Source: a virus
IMG/VR virus record: IMGVR_UViG_3300010883_019551
Span: 1-64,000 of that record
DNA length: 64,000 nt
Direction: 5' to 3' (one strand)
The notes under the pieces are model-generated. The model had not been told where the DNA came from. It did no database searches and worked only from the letters and a program-made list of their open reading frames with translations. The stretch's first letter is position 1; every line of letters starts with the position of its first letter. A program made the translations under genes and the position numbers. This document shows positions 39,012 through 50,318 of this stretch, piece after piece.

Positions 39012-42000
39012 TTAGCCACAGTAAATGTAACCATAGATACCTGATGCTTCGCCCTCAGAATCAAATGTAACATCTTGCATTGCTTTTGCAACTGTATATG
39101 AATGCATCAGATCATCATCTTGCTTCATGAGATGACCCGGGGTTGAGCTAGTGCAGAGAAGATCTCCTGTCTCAATAGTACCGCCTTCATTACAAACTTT
39201 GAATCCCTGTATATCTGTAGCATAATTTACTGATTCATCAGGGCTTTCATGCTGACGACTGTCGCCTAAGGATATTACCTTCCAAACCTTCGCATATTCA
39301 GAGTGTATATCCCAATTGTCATTCTCGTCTCGGGCAGCTTGATCATATAAATTACCCAGAGAATCGCGCCATTTTTTCGAAAACTCTTTGCTATAAGGAT
39401 CCTCCGCAGCTTCCCAGTCCTCTATAGAGTCGTATATCGGCCCATTAGTATGGGGCACTTGATATTTTCCAATATGCTCAGACTCTGAGTCGAAAATGAC
39501 CTCAGGTTGTGGCTGAATACCAAAGACACGATTAAAACCATTACCACCAATGTCTTCTGATTTATGATCGCAGAGGCGATACCAAGCAATTCCTGCTACA
39601 TTTTTTTGCTTAGGAGCTGATGATTTTTTCAGTTTGCCGTCGGTTAAAACTAGACAGTCACCCTTCTCAATTGAAGGAGCTTCGACGCCGTCTACTTTAT
39701 ACTGATGTCCATCTGAGAAGAACGCGTCCTCAGTAATGTTTCCATCTAATTGTAAACATGTGGCGTCAGTTGTCGCACGAAATACGGCTGCTTTATCATT
39801 CACCGTACTACCGGCAGGTGTTGCATATATTTGTACTCTAGTCGCGTGGGTGGAGTTATTAACCCAGGACTCATCTGCCACACACTCAACCGCACCAACT
39901 CCATAATAAGTGGAGCTTTCGGCACCTTGAAATATCATTCGACCAAGCTGGTTACCGCTGACGAGGGTACTGTCTTGTCTTCTAAGTACGAAATCAGCAG
40001 CCGATCCGTAATTGACATAGGGTCTTGTTTCAAGATAAAGACCGTTTGCACCAATTACAATGTTGGCATCTCCGCCAGAGCCCGCGAATATACTTCTATT
40101 GGACGACATGTCCAGAAACCTTAAAGTCCTGGCACCTCCGGGAGCACTGATTGTAATACCCTCAGCGGCATCATCGCTAGCATTCATCTCTAACTCAACA
40201 TGTCCGTATCCTCTATTAGCGGCCGCATCACCGATCATAGCGCCGCCCTGGACATGGAGGGCATTGAATGTCTTATCTGCCCATATCCCAGTCACATCAG
40301 TACCATTAGATGTTATACTAGCGGCCCATGACTGTCCAGTTTGAATAGCCCAACCTTCTGAGTTAGCCCCTATGTTGTTGAGCGCGTAACCTTCGGGATT
40401 TGTACCTCCGAGGATAGAAACCCAGCATTTAGCGCCAATATTAGTAGACTGAACCCATAGAGATGCAGCATCGGCGGTAGCATCGAAAGAAAGCGTAACA
40501 TTTGAAGGTGACCAGGCACCGATGTCGTCGTGGGATGATAATAATTCTACAGTAACATCACAGTCAGATGTATTTGCATTTCCGGAGCTATCGCCGCTGA
40601 GTCTAACATAAGCAATATATGTCTCTGTGGCCGCCCGAGCAGTATCTCCCAAATAAGTCTGATGTATTAGGAACGTTGTTTGATTGGTACCGTAAGTTAT
40701 GCTATTGAATGCATTTGCTATAGACGCAACTTTAATCCATTGGTCGTCGCTGCCGCTGTCATATCCCGGCTCACCCACTAGAACAGAATTTGACTTGTTA
40801 AGTCCTTTAACTATCTCAACATATCCCCCGTCCGAGATGTTGATTGCGTCATCTCCATCAGTAAATTCCAGACCGATTGTTTTAACTTTTCCAGAGACAG
40901 AAAGATCTGTGCCATCAAAAGTAAGACTAGACTCAGCATTCATAGCGTCAGCACTAGTTGCTGTTATGATTCTGTTGTTTGCACCGTTGGTCAAGAAGTC
41001 AGAGACATCGACAGCTAATGCATTTCCCGAAAGATCTAGTCCAGAACCTGCTGTTCGCGCCGGTATTACAGCACCATCAACATATGCCTTAATTGACTGC
41101 TGTGTCGCTAGCGATGTGGCGCTGTTCGAATCCATTGCATCTTCGTCTAAGACACCTGCCACTGTAGTACTAGATCCGATTTGTAAAGTACCGTCAAACT
41201 GTAAGTTGCCGCTCTCGTCCAGATCTAATATTGTAGCATCAGCACCGTTCTTAATCAAAAATTCTGCTGTGCCATTGTTGTCTGTGTCTAGATTAACAAT
41301 AACATGGTGAGGAGAATCCAACTCTAGTGTCTGTCCAGCTGCAGCTTTGAAGTGCCCGTCTCCAACAGTTATGTTGGTGCCTACTGTAAGGGCAGTAAAT
41401 TGTGGGCTAGCATCAGTAGTCACGTCCTGATTGATATTTGAGTCTGCCTCGATGTTCAATGAACCTGCAACTGTTAGTGTCTTATTAGCGTTGACATCAA
41501 TCTTTAACTCACTGCCATCTGGCGCTTTAAGGTCCCAGTTACCCCGATCGTCATCTGCAACTCTAATGTATCCGGTGATAGAACCGTTTTCTTCAATGTC
41601 TAGTCCGGCTCCAGCACCAGAAGCGGCGCCGCCGCCGTCATTGATAACAATGTTTTTATCTTTGACCAGTAAGTTAGTTGTATTAACTGTTGTTGTTGTA
41701 CCTTCAATTGTCAGATCACCGGTTATTCTAGCATTACCAGTGACATCTAAACTATGACCAGGTGTTGCTGTTCCAATCCCTACCAAACCATCATGAGTAA
41801 TACGCATGCGCTCGGTAAGTCCGTCATCACCTGCGTCGTTTGTGGCAAATGTTAGGTTAGCATCATGGTTGGCCGGGTTTGTGCTAGCAGATGTGTCCCG
41901 CTCTACACGTATGGCAGCACCAATGGAGTCCTCATCTGCCTCAGAAGATACATCGAAGGCAATACCCGCGAACGAATTCACTGTGGTTGAGAGATTCTTG

Positions 42001-43475
42001 AGGAACAGAGTAAAATCCTGTAGCTGATTGTCTGCCCCGGCGACGGTAGTCTCAGTGTGTTCTATGTGCACTCTAGAGGCCGGCCTGTTATTAGCCCAGA
42101 TAGACGAGTCAAACCCCAGACCAATCCGATCGAAGTATCCATCAACATAGAACATATGAGTATCTTCACCCGACTCTATCCTGAAGTCGAATTCCCGCTC
42201 GCTCCCCTCGTTAAAAATCACATCGGAGGTGCTGTTCGTACAGTCGATTCTCATTGCATCAATATTACTGCCATTTTGGTTTGTCTTGAATATGAGGCTC
42301 TTTTGTGAAGTCAGGTTTTGTACTGTCCAATCTCCACTATTATCCTGCTTAAAGTCGAGGGGAGTTGTGCCATCATCTTTGAAAGTGATATTAGCGCCGG
42401 CTGCGTCCAGTATGATATCAGCAGCAGAATCGATTGTAAGATCCCCGGATGTGTTTTTAATATGATTACCGACAACTGTTAGATCGCCTTGAATTGAAGC
42501 ATTCTGATCTGCATCAACTGTTATAACAAGTTCATTGTCAACGTTATAGATACGGTTGTTGCCAAGTATTAGGTTGTTGCCAATCGTAACGTTATCTGAG
42601 GTATCTAGCGTGATCGCTGTGCCACCGTCTGATGCTTTTATGGTGTTACTACCAATAGTAACGCTTCCGTCCATCTGAACGTTACCAGATTCATCGACCT
42701 CAAACTTAGAAGTTTCAGAGTTATTCCAGACGACGAACTTATTGGTACCGTCATTATCTTGATCAAGCTGAACAATGACATTGGCATCAGATCTAATTCT
42801 TAAGTTTGCATCTGTGGGTCCGTAAATGTCGCCACCGTCAACATGCAGATCACCTGCAACAGTTACATTTGTGGGAAAACTTAAGGATATGCTTCCTTCT
42901 CCTAAAGTTACATCAATCTCATTTGATGTGCCGGTGATTGCTGCATTTTCCCATCGGGACTGATTGTTATCCCATACTAGTACATGTCCAGCAGCTTTAG
43001 TTACATCTGCTGTATTGACATTTCCAATCTCGCTAAGTGTATCCGGTGTCGAGGCATCAACATAAGCCTTGATGCTTTGCTGTGTAGCTAAAGCAATTGC
43101 ACTGTTGGTTGACATGTTGTCTTCGTCTAGAATCCCGTTACATAATGAGCCAGTGCCTATCTTAAGATTTCCGGAAACAAACAGGTCTGATGCTGCGTAT
43201 GCATCGCCCATAATTTTTGCTTCACCAGAACCAGAAAGATGAATAGCAATTGCTCCGCCCTCGTCCTTAATGTCTTTACCACCTACCTGTATATCACCCG
43301 TGAGTGTAAGATTGGGCATGTCAACAGAACCAGAAACTGATATGTCCCCAGAGACATAAAGATCGTTGCCAACCGTTAAGTCACCGAAGACCTGGTCGAC
43401 TAATCCATCGACATCTAAGCTGCCGGAGATGTGGGCAGAGCCCGTAACCATTAATGTGCTGGTATAAATTCCCAT
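39012..43475 (-). CDS. Large tail/head fibre protein with probable C-terminal intramolecular chaperone (peptidase G2-like)
   Basis: 1487 aa, Gly/Asp/Thr/Ser-rich beta repeats; ATQQSIKAYVD twice; ERMRITHDGLVGIGT; C-terminal CNEGGTIETGDLLCTSSTPGHLMKQDDD...YTVAK. Confidence 0.8.
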   Translation of the reverse strand: MGIYTSTLMVTGSAHISGSLDVDGLVDQVFGDLTVGNDLYVSGDISVSGSVDMPNLTLTGDIQVGGKDIKDEGGAIAIHLSGSGEAKIMGDAYAASDLFVSGNLKIGTGSLCNGILDEDNMSTNSAIALATQQSIKAYVDASTPDTLSEIGNVNTADVTKAAGHVLVWDNNQSRWENAAITGTSNEIDVTLGEGSISLSFPTNVTVAGDLHVDGGDIYGPTDANLRIRSDANVIVQLDQDNDGTNKFVVWNNSETSKFEVDESGNVQMDGSVTIGSNTIKASDGGTAITLDTSDNVTIGNNLILGNNRIYNVDNELVITVDADQNASIQGDLTVVGNHIKNTSGDLTIDSAADIILDAAGANITFKDDGTTPLDFKQDNSGDWTVQNLTSQKSLIFKTNQNGSNIDAMRIDCTNSTSDVIFNEGSEREFDFRIESGEDTHMFYVDGYFDRIGLGFDSSIWANNRPASRVHIEHTETTVAGADNQLQDFTLFLKNLSTTVNSFAGIAFDVSSEADEDSIGAAIRVERDTSASTNPANHDANLTFATNDAGDDGLTERMRITHDGLVGIGTATPGHSLDVTGNARITGDLTIEGTTTTVNTTNLLVKDKNIVINDGGGAASGAGAGLDIEENGSITGYIRVADDDRGNWDLKAPDGSELKIDVNANKTLTVAGSLNIEADSNINQDVTTDASPQFTALTVGTNITVGDGHFKAAAGQTLELDSPHHVIVNLDTDNNGTAEFLIKNGADATILDLDESGNLQFDGTLQIGSSTTVAGVLDEDAMDSNSATSLATQQSIKAYVDGAVIPARTAGSGLDLSGNALAVDVSDFLTNGANNRIITATSADAMNAESSLTFDGTDLSVSGKVKTIGLEFTDGDDAINISDGGYVEIVKGLNKSNSVLVGEPGYDSGSDDQWIKVASIANAFNSITYGTNQTTFLIHQTYLGDTARAATETYIAYVRLSGDSSGNANTSDCDVTVELLSSHDDIGAWSPSNVTLSFDATADAASLWVQSTNIGAKCWVSILGGTNPEGYALNNIGANSEGWAIQTGQSWAASITSNGTDVTGIWADKTFNALHVQGGAMIGDAAANRGYGHVELEMNASDDAAEGITISAPGGARTLRFLDMSSNRSIFAGSGGDANIVIGANGLYLETRPYVNYGSAADFVLRRQDSTLVSGNQLGRMIFQGAESSTYYGVGAVECVADESWVNNSTHATRVQIYATPAGSTVNDKAAVFRATTDATCLQLDGNITEDAFFSDGHQYKVDGVEAPSIEKGDCLVLTDGKLKKSSAPKQKNVAGIAWYRLCDHKSEDIGGNGFNRVFGIQPQPEVIFDSESEHIGKYQVPHTNGPIYDSIEDWEAAEDPYSKEFSKKWRDSLGNLYDQAARDENDNWDIHSEYAKVWKVISLGDSRQHESPDESVNYATDIQGFKVCNEGGTIETGDLLCTSSTPGHLMKQDDDLMHSYTVAKAMQDVTFDSEGEASGIYGYIYCG

Positions 43476-46400
43476 TATTCACTCTCCTCTATTGGTTCAA
43501 GCATCATCTTAAATTTCTTTCCTGTTGTGTTGTTAATAACACAAAGATAGTCAGCTTCCTCAACAATAGTCCAATCACCTTTGTCATTTTTGAGATTCAA
43601 GTCACCGGTGTAAATATTTCGGAACCGAGATGATTCAGACCCTAAATCGTAAGTGTTGTTAGTCGCTGGAAGAATGTGCCCGGTAAACTGATGAGCGGCA
43701 TCTGCATTACTATTTACGTAATTAATAACTGTTGTATTCGGAGAGCTAATATAGCGTGACGTTCCGCCAAACTCCAAGTTTTTGGTAGCAGCCATCCTTA
43801 ACGACGCGTTATTTCCCTGAAGCCTCATAACTTCTGTTGGAGTACCGCCGTCGTTAACACCAAAAATGATGTTCCCATCAGAGACTTCACCCAGTATCGA
43901 TACTAAGCTACTATTGGCAGCCTTAGTAATATCATATCCAGGGAGTATTGAGAATACGTCTACACCCGAATTATTCTTTCCAATTAGAGGTGCTTGATAG
44001 CCTACCGCTTCGAAGGAAGCAGATAGAGCATATTGTACAGTACCAGGTGCTGCTCCCCAAGAATTAAATCTTGCGCCTGCGACCAGTGATCCGGACGCAA
44101 CAACATCGCCACCAAACGCGGCGACCTTAGTGTCTGATGAAGAGCCTCTATCAATGGTACCGGAGACATAAAAGTAGATGTCACTTGCAACTTGTTCCGC
44201 ATATTGATTAGCAGAACTTAGTGAGAACGATCCCGTGCTTCTAATTTTAAGAGTATCAGGTGACTGAGTTGCTAGCATCTCGAATGCTGTGCTAATAGCA
44301 CCTATCGAGGAAAGATCTGTTAGAGTTTTTACGCCCCCTGTAGCTGTATCTCTAAATGTAAGATCATTACTTACGCGTTGGATATAATTGTTGGCATCAC
44401 CAAATCTGATGTAGCTATTTGTCTGTAGGTCTAGATTAGTAAGTGCTAGCGCGTTAGGCGTTAATGTTCCACTAACAAAAACATCTCCCGAGTAATAAGT
44501 CTCTTCGGATTCAACATTCAATAAGTGCGATGCAAGTATTAGGTCATTTTGCTTACCCGAAACAGTAGAGTTTGAGAGTGAAACGTTAGCGCTTCCGAAC
44601 CGTACTTGTTTTCCGGGTGCCACCTTGAGTGCAGAAACATCTCCGTCAAGCCTCATAACCTCTGTCATGGTCCCGCCGTCGTTCACCATGAAGATCATGT
44701 CTTTGTCGGAAACAGAAGAAGAGAGATATAAATCAGAAGATCTGCTTCTAATAGAACCTATCTCAGTACCGCTATCTTTAAGAACCCAGTTACCTAAATC
44801 AGAGTCTAACCAGATATCTGACTCTGAATCTAGAATAACAAAACCACCCTTAGCTGTTAGACCAACTCCATCGCCCTCAATCTTTTCACCATCATTTCCA
44901 AACGTAAGGCCGATACTAGTAGGAATATTAATGTTTGCTGCGGCTGTCAGGTTAATGTCGGCGCCGGCAATCGTCAAATTAGTTCCATCGCCCTCGATCT
45001 TCTCACCATCGTTACCGAATGTAAGACCAATGTTAGCTGGGATATTAATGTCACCCCCTGCACCAACACCAAAGTGAATATCAGTTCCGTCTCCGTAGAT
45101 ATGCTCTTCAGCTGTACCAAGTTGTATTTGCTTACTACCTGAAATGGCAAGGGCTGAGGTGCTGCCATCGAGCCTGAATATCTCTGTCATGGCGCCGGCG
45201 TCATTCACCATAAAGATCATGTCTTTATTTTGCTGTGAAGAAGAAAGATATAGATTGCCTGCTCTGCTTCTAATAGACCCAAGCTCATACGACCCATCTT
45301 GAAATACCCAGTTGCCCGAATCAGAGTTCAACCAGATATCTGACTCTGAATCTAGAATAACAAAACCACCCTTAGCGGTCAATCCAAATCCGTCGCCTTC
45401 AATCTTCTCACCATCGTTACCAAACGTGAGACCTATTTCTGATGGGATGTTGATATCACCACCCACCTCAATAACAAAATCAAGCTCAGATGCAGAAACT
45501 ATTAACTTGGTTCCGTCGCCTTCAATCTTCTCACCATCGTTACCGAATGTAAGACCAATGTTAGCTGGAACGTTGATGTCTCCTCCGGCTCCGACTGTGA
45601 TCGTTAGATCTGTCCCATCAGACTCAATCTTTTCTCCGCCGCCCATGAGGATTCCGACATTAGCAGGAATCACCACATCTTCTGTCGCAGTGAGATTAAT
45701 ATTGTTTCCGGATATTGTTAAGTCTGTGCCATCACCTGATATTTTCTCCCCATCGTTTCCAAATGTTACACCAATGCCAGAAGGTATGTTGACATTAGCT
45801 TCTGCAGTTAGATTAATGTCACCTCCCTGAATTGTCAGATTTGTTCCGTCACCCGAAATATTCTCGCCGTCGTTACCGAAAGTCAAACCAATATTGGCCG
45901 GAATGTTTATATCCCCACCCGCTCCGACACCAAAGTGAATATCAGTTCCGTCTCCGTAGATATGCTCTTCAGCAGCTCCAAGCTGCAATTGTTTGCTGGC
46001 AGCGATCTTCAATGCTGAAACATCACCATCTAGTCTAAAGACCTCAGTTGGTGTGCCTCCATCATTCACCATAAAGATCATGTCTTTGTCTGAAACAGAA
46101 GCTGACAGATACATGTCGCCTGCAACGCCCTGTATCTTTCCGTATTCCGACAACGATCCTGATGCGAAGATAACTTCTCCGGAGTCCGGACGGAGCTTCA
46201 AGTAACCCATGGTTTCAAAGTCTACGCCAGAGTGATCACCATTCCATGTTTTGTTGAGATTCAGCCGCGCGTTGAGCACACCATTTCTCAAGAAGTCGAT
46301 ATCAGAACCAGCAGCATCGAGAATAATGTCTCCCCCAGAATCGAGCGTAATTTTTCCAGCTGCGTCGATCTCTAGATTATTACTTCCGTCTACTTCGATT

Positions 46401-49400
46401 TTGTTGGTGTCAGCACCGAATGTAAGACCAATTTGAGAAGGAATATTAATGTCTGCCTCTGCAGTTAGATTAATGTCTCCTCCCTGAATTGTCAGATTCG
46501 TTCCATTGCCTTCGATCTTCTCACCATCAGCACCAAACGTGAGACCAATGTTAGCTGGGATGTTAATATCACCTCCGGACGCTAAGCCGAAGTTAATGTC
46601 ATCGCCATCGCCGTAGATGTGCTCAGCACCGTCGTCATATAGATCAACCCGCCTTACTCGAACTGTACCAGGGTTACCAGAAAAGACCTCAGATGCATTG
46701 GTGGCATCAGGAATAAAAGTAAAGACACCACCCGAATCATCGTAACCCATGAAACCGGTCTTGCCGGCGGATCCATTATGCCAGTGGAATTCAATACCAC
46801 GATCCTTGTTATCATCAGATCCGGACGCTAGCTCTCCACCAATAACAATGACAGGATCATCAACACTAATTGTTGTGCTGTTAACTGTTGTTGTTGTGCC
46901 GTTGACTGTGAGGTCACCTTGAACTGTAAGGTTGTCGTTAACCGTAGTCTCTGACGTCGCATGACCAATGCTGATTGCTGTTCCTGATGTGGCGCCTACA
47001 ATAACTCTTGCTACACCGGCTCCAGCGTTGGAAGCATCAATCGTAAGATTCTTTGTGCTGCCGTGATTCGCCGCCATTGTCAAGTTAACTGAGTCAGCCG
47101 CATCTAGAGATAGAGTTGAAGTCCCGTCTATAGTAATAGCCCCGGACGCGTCAATGTCTAGAGCAACAGCATCGAAGTCTACATTACCAGATCCGTCATA
47201 AGCCAGCGCTTCAGTATCATCTCCAATAGATGCCCCGGCGTCACCACTGATTACGATCGTAGACGTGCTGTCCACAGTAACTGCACCAGAAGCATCAATA
47301 TCCAGTGAGGTTGAGTTCATGTCGACAGGAGCAGCTGTTGTTGCACCTATCTGAATAATAGCTGCGCTATCAATCGCCACAGCACCCACAGCGTCAATAT
47401 CAATTGTGCCTGCAGTTGCATTAAGTTTCAATGCCGATGCACCGGCACCCGCTGATGTAAGACGAAGTTCCTGTGTACTGCCACCAGCCACCGCGATGTC
47501 TAAGTCTTTTCCTGAAGCTGTAACGGTAATATTTGAGTCGTCAACAGCGTCTATAGATAATGTACTACCACCAAGAATATCGATTGCGCCCGACGCGTCA
47601 ATGTCCAATGTAACAGCATCGAAGTCTACATTACCAGATCCGTCGTAAGAAAGGCCTTCAGTATCATCGCTAAGAGTCGCGCCTCCATCGCCACTAATTA
47701 CGATAGTAGATGTGCTATCCATGGTGATTGCGCCCGACGCGTCAATGTCCAATGTTGTTGAGTCAATATCAATAGGTGTGTCTGTTTCAGTACCAATGTA
47801 GACTCCGGCAGATCCGTCTAAGTTTAGGCGACCTGCGTCTGCATCGATGTCGATCACTCCTTGCGCATCGAGAACTATGTTTCCATCTGCAATTACATTA
47901 AAGTGCGCAGATGCAGCATCATCATCTATTGTTGTGAATGTTGTGACACCGTGTTGTTCTATTTTAATTTCTAGCTTGTCGCCTGTGTCTTGATCATCAT
48001 GCAATGTAAGCTTTGTATTATCAACATCAAAGTCGAAGATCGTGTCAGTGGCATCGCTCATTACAACGTTACCGCCGTCGGCACTTAGATGAATATTTCT
48101 ACCAGCGTCTAGTGTAATACCACCAGCATCAGCTTGAACAAGCACAGCCGCGACGCTGGCGCCAGCATCTTCAGCACCTTGAGTATTTTTAACAGTGATT
48201 CTTTCTGAAGTTCCGGCGTTTGTAGTGATATTGATCGCGCCAGTGTTGTTAAACGTCGAGTCTAGACTTAAAGGTCCAGCAGTATCAACTGAAATTCCCG
48301 TTGTTCCGGCATCAATGTTTATTCCACCGGCAGCATTCGATGCGTTAATAGTGATAGCATTTATATCAGCTTCGCCGGCACCGATATTAACTGATCCGGC
48401 TGTGTTGACAATATCAATATCTTCACTGGCTGCACCAGCAGCTAATATATCAATACCACCAGCAGCAGCATTTATTGTAATAGCATCAGGTTCGTTTTCT
48501 GTTGATAAGAGATTAATCCCCGTATTAGAAACTAAGTCTAAGTTTTCCCCTGATGCTCCTCCAGCAACTGTAATATCAATACCACCCGCTGTGGCACTTA
48601 TTTGCAAAGCATCAGCAGCTGTTCCAGCAGATGACAAGATTAAACTAGCATCAACACCGGCGTCCATTGCTATGGTGAAATCACCATCAGCAGTAGCAGT
48701 ATGACTGATATTTGAAGCGCCTCCTGCTGAGTCAACAGAAAGAGTTCCCTCTGTATCTAGCGTTACGTTACCCGCTGCATTGATATCAAGTGTCGATGAC
48801 TCCATAACAACTGGGACATCTGCCTCAACTCCGATATTGATTCCGGTTGAACCATCTAGACTTAGTGCACCTGCATTCGCATCAATGTCAACGGCACCGT
48901 CTGCAACAACGGTAAAGTCAGCTGCCCCTGCTGCAGCGTCTACAGTTGTAATTGTTAAATCACCATTTGTACCGACGCCCAACGTGGAGTAATCATCTGC
49001 ATTATTAGAAAGCTTAAGCTGCACTGTGGATCCGTAGACTTCTAGTAAAGAATCAGGATCTGCAACACCTATACCCACTTTGCCGCTGTCTAGAATTCGC
49101 ATTCTTTCTGTAGACGCAGTGTCATCAGCTTGACCAATTGGTGATGTTACAAAGACAAGATCTGTTCCCTTAGCAGTAGAGCTGTGAGCCTCCGCCGCGT
49201 AGGCAATAATAGCTGCACCTGCTTCTGTAACAGAGTTAGGTACATTTCCATCTTCGCTATCAAATCCAATCCCGCCTAGAATGTCCCCGTCAACCGTTTC
49301 TCGATCAGCTCTGACAATCATAATACCGTTATCATTAGCAGATCCCGAAACCATTACCTGGAGTCTATTACTGGGAGAGTTTGTCCCTAACCCGATTCTA

Positions 49401-50026
49401 TCTGAGCTAGCATCTACAAAGAACGTGTACGGCTTAGTCGATGTATGAATTACAAAGTCATTTCCAGGAACAGGAGTTCCACCAGCTCCGGATCCAGCGC
49501 CGCCAATAGTTGTGTAATGTGTTGTTCCGCTAGAAATATTAAATACTGCGCCTTGATTGACATGAAGCGATCCTGAGATGTGTGCCCTATGAGGCACCAT
49601 AAGGTCGCCTCGAACGGCTTCATCGACTTGCATGACCTGACGTTCAGCATACAATGTTCCGGAGATTACAACATCTCCACCGAATAGAACAACTTTACCG
49701 CCGTGATAGTCATCTTCAAGTGCCCGGCCTGGTGAGCCAGGATGAGATCCCGTTAGAACTCTGTGAAAATTATTTCCAGCTGTTCCATCATAATATCCCC
49801 ACTGAGGGTGAGACTGCGCGCCGGAAACAAACATCCATACGTCTTTTCCCACGTTATTAAGCATGGAAGGTTCTAGTGTTCCGTCGTATTTTTGAGTTCC
49901 GCCACTGTTAACTGCATGTCGATGGTCATATACAGCTAGCCCTAGATAAGGAGTTCCAGCTGCGATACCACCCGATCCAATTAACTTGGATGTTCTTATC
50001 TGTTTGCTTCTAAAGTCTTTTGCCAT
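43475..50026 (-). CDS. Giant repeat-rich fibre protein
   Basis: 2183 aa; nine INIPxxIGLTFGxDGEKIxG-type repeats; RIGLGTNSP; GDLTVNGTTTTVN; C-terminal YDLGS...RFRNIYTGDLNL...GDWTIVE fibre tip. Confidence 0.8.
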   Translation of the reverse strand: MAKDFRSKQIRTSKLIGSGGIAAGTPYLGLAVYDHRHAVNSGGTQKYDGTLEPSMLNNVGKDVWMFVSGAQSHPQWGYYDGTAGNNFHRVLTGSHPGSPGRALEDDYHGGKVVLFGGDVVISGTLYAERQVMQVDEAVRGDLMVPHRAHISGSLHVNQGAVFNISSGTTHYTTIGGAGSGAGGTPVPGNDFVIHTSTKPYTFFVDASSDRIGLGTNSPSNRLQVMVSGSANDNGIMIVRADRETVDGDILGGIGFDSEDGNVPNSVTEAGAAIIAYAAEAHSSTAKGTDLVFVTSPIGQADDTASTERMRILDSGKVGIGVADPDSLLEVYGSTVQLKLSNNADDYSTLGVGTNGDLTITTVDAAAGAADFTVVADGAVDIDANAGALSLDGSTGINIGVEADVPVVMESSTLDINAAGNVTLDTEGTLSVDSAGGASNISHTATADGDFTIAMDAGVDASLILSSAGTAADALQISATAGGIDITVAGGASGENLDLVSNTGINLLSTENEPDAITINAAAGGIDILAAGAASEDIDIVNTAGSVNIGAGEADINAITINASNAAGGINIDAGTTGISVDTAGPLSLDSTFNNTGAINITTNAGTSERITVKNTQGAEDAGASVAAVLVQADAGGITLDAGRNIHLSADGGNVVMSDATDTIFDFDVDNTKLTLHDDQDTGDKLEIKIEQHGVTTFTTIDDDAASAHFNVIADGNIVLDAQGVIDIDADAGRLNLDGSAGVYIGTETDTPIDIDSTTLDIDASGAITMDSTSTIVISGDGGATLSDDTEGLSYDGSGNVDFDAVTLDIDASGAIDILGGSTLSIDAVDDSNITVTASGKDLDIAVAGGSTQELRLTSAGAGASALKLNATAGTIDIDAVGAVAIDSAAIIQIGATTAAPVDMNSTSLDIDASGAVTVDSTSTIVISGDAGASIGDDTEALAYDGSGNVDFDAVALDIDASGAITIDGTSTLSLDAADSVNLTMAANHGSTKNLTIDASNAGAGVARVIVGATSGTAISIGHATSETTVNDNLTVQGDLTVNGTTTTVNSTTISVDDPVIVIGGELASGSDDNKDRGIEFHWHNGSAGKTGFMGYDDSGGVFTFIPDATNASEVFSGNPGTVRVRRVDLYDDGAEHIYGDGDDINFGLASGGDINIPANIGLTFGADGEKIEGNGTNLTIQGGDINLTAEADINIPSQIGLTFGADTNKIEVDGSNNLEIDAAGKITLDSGGDIILDAAGSDIDFLRNGVLNARLNLNKTWNGDHSGVDFETMGYLKLRPDSGEVIFASGSLSEYGKIQGVAGDMYLSASVSDKDMIFMVNDGGTPTEVFRLDGDVSALKIAASKQLQLGAAEEHIYGDGTDIHFGVGAGGDINIPANIGLTFGNDGENISGDGTNLTIQGGDINLTAEANVNIPSGIGVTFGNDGEKISGDGTDLTISGNNINLTATEDVVIPANVGILMGGGEKIESDGTDLTITVGAGGDINVPANIGLTFGNDGEKIEGDGTKLIVSASELDFVIEVGGDINIPSEIGLTFGNDGEKIEGDGFGLTAKGGFVILDSESDIWLNSDSGNWVFQDGSYELGSIRSRAGNLYLSSSQQNKDMIFMVNDAGAMTEIFRLDGSTSALAISGSKQIQLGTAEEHIYGDGTDIHFGVGAGGDINIPANIGLTFGNDGEKIEGDGTNLTIAGADINLTAAANINIPTSIGLTFGNDGEKIEGDGVGLTAKGGFVILDSESDIWLDSDLGNWVLKDSGTEIGSIRSRSSDLYLSSSVSDKDMIFMVNDGGTMTEVMRLDGDVSALKVAPGKQVRFGSANVSLSNSTVSGKQNDLILASHLLNVESEETYYSGDVFVSGTLTPNALALTNLDLQTNSYIRFGDANNYIQRVSNDLTFRDTATGGVKTLTDLSSIGAISTAFEMLATQSPDTLKIRSTGSFSLSSANQYAEQVASDIYFYVSGTIDRGSSSDTKVAAFGGDVVASGSLVAGARFNSWGAAPGTVQYALSASFEAVGYQAPLIGKNNSGVDVFSILPGYDITKAANSSLVSILGEVSDGNIIFGVNDGGTPTEVMRLQGNNASLRMAATKNLEFGGTSRYISSPNTTVINYVNSNADAAHQFTGHILPATNNTYDLGSESSRFRNIYTGDLNLKNDKGDWTIVEEADYLCVINNTTGKKFKMMLEPIEESE
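44808..45376. repeat. Exact 47-bp direct repeat (44808-44854 and 45330-45376) inside the fibre gene
   Basis: aaccagatatctgactctgaatctagaataacaaaaccacccttagc occurs twice. Confidence 0.9.
45066..45973. repeat. Exact 47-bp direct repeat (45066-45112 and 45927-45973) inside the fibre gene
   Basis: acaccaaagtgaatatcagttccgtctccgtagatatgctcttcagc occurs twice. Confidence 0.9.
47165..47755. repeat. Exact 33-bp (47165-47197 / 47612-47644) and 30-bp (47582-47611 / 47726-47755) direct repeats
   Basis: aacagcatcgaagtctacattaccagatccgtc twice; gattgcgcccgacgcgtcaatgtccaatgt twice. Confidence 0.85.
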
Positions 50027-50036
50027 TTTTAGCTCC

Positions 50037-50318
50037 CTAAACTCTCTCTAGAATTTGGCCCATTGCTTGGTAATTAAACGTGATCAAAGGTTCTGAAGAT
50101 ATTGTTACAACCCACTGCCCTGTACTTTTTGAGACACTCTTTATAATAACATTTGCATTACCAAAAGCATCTGCAGCCGCTGTACTATCCGCATCACCCT
50201 GCCCAATTACAGTAATGATTGGAGGGTAGTAGTATTGACCCGTAAGTGTTACCTGTCCCACTCCAGTCGCGTCTGTTGACCCGTTTCCCGTTTCCATTGA
50301 AAAGTTCGTAAGTCTCAT
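50037..50318 (-). CDS. Small fibre-associated beta protein
   Basis: 93 aa; YYYPPIITV...NYQAMG resembles a small lectin-like fibre domain; coupled to neighbours. Confidence 0.55.
   Translation of the reverse strand: MRLTNFSMETGNGSTDATGVGQVTLTGQYYYPPIITVIGQGDADSTAAADAFGNANVIIKSVSKSTGQWVVTISSEPLITFNYQAMGQILERV

Noticed and set aside
44808-45973. Possible diversity-generating retroelement TR/VR pair or CRISPR array in the fibre gene
   Set aside because: Differences between copies are mostly synonymous and not adenine-specific, the repeats are in frame and irregularly spaced, and no reverse transcriptase is present
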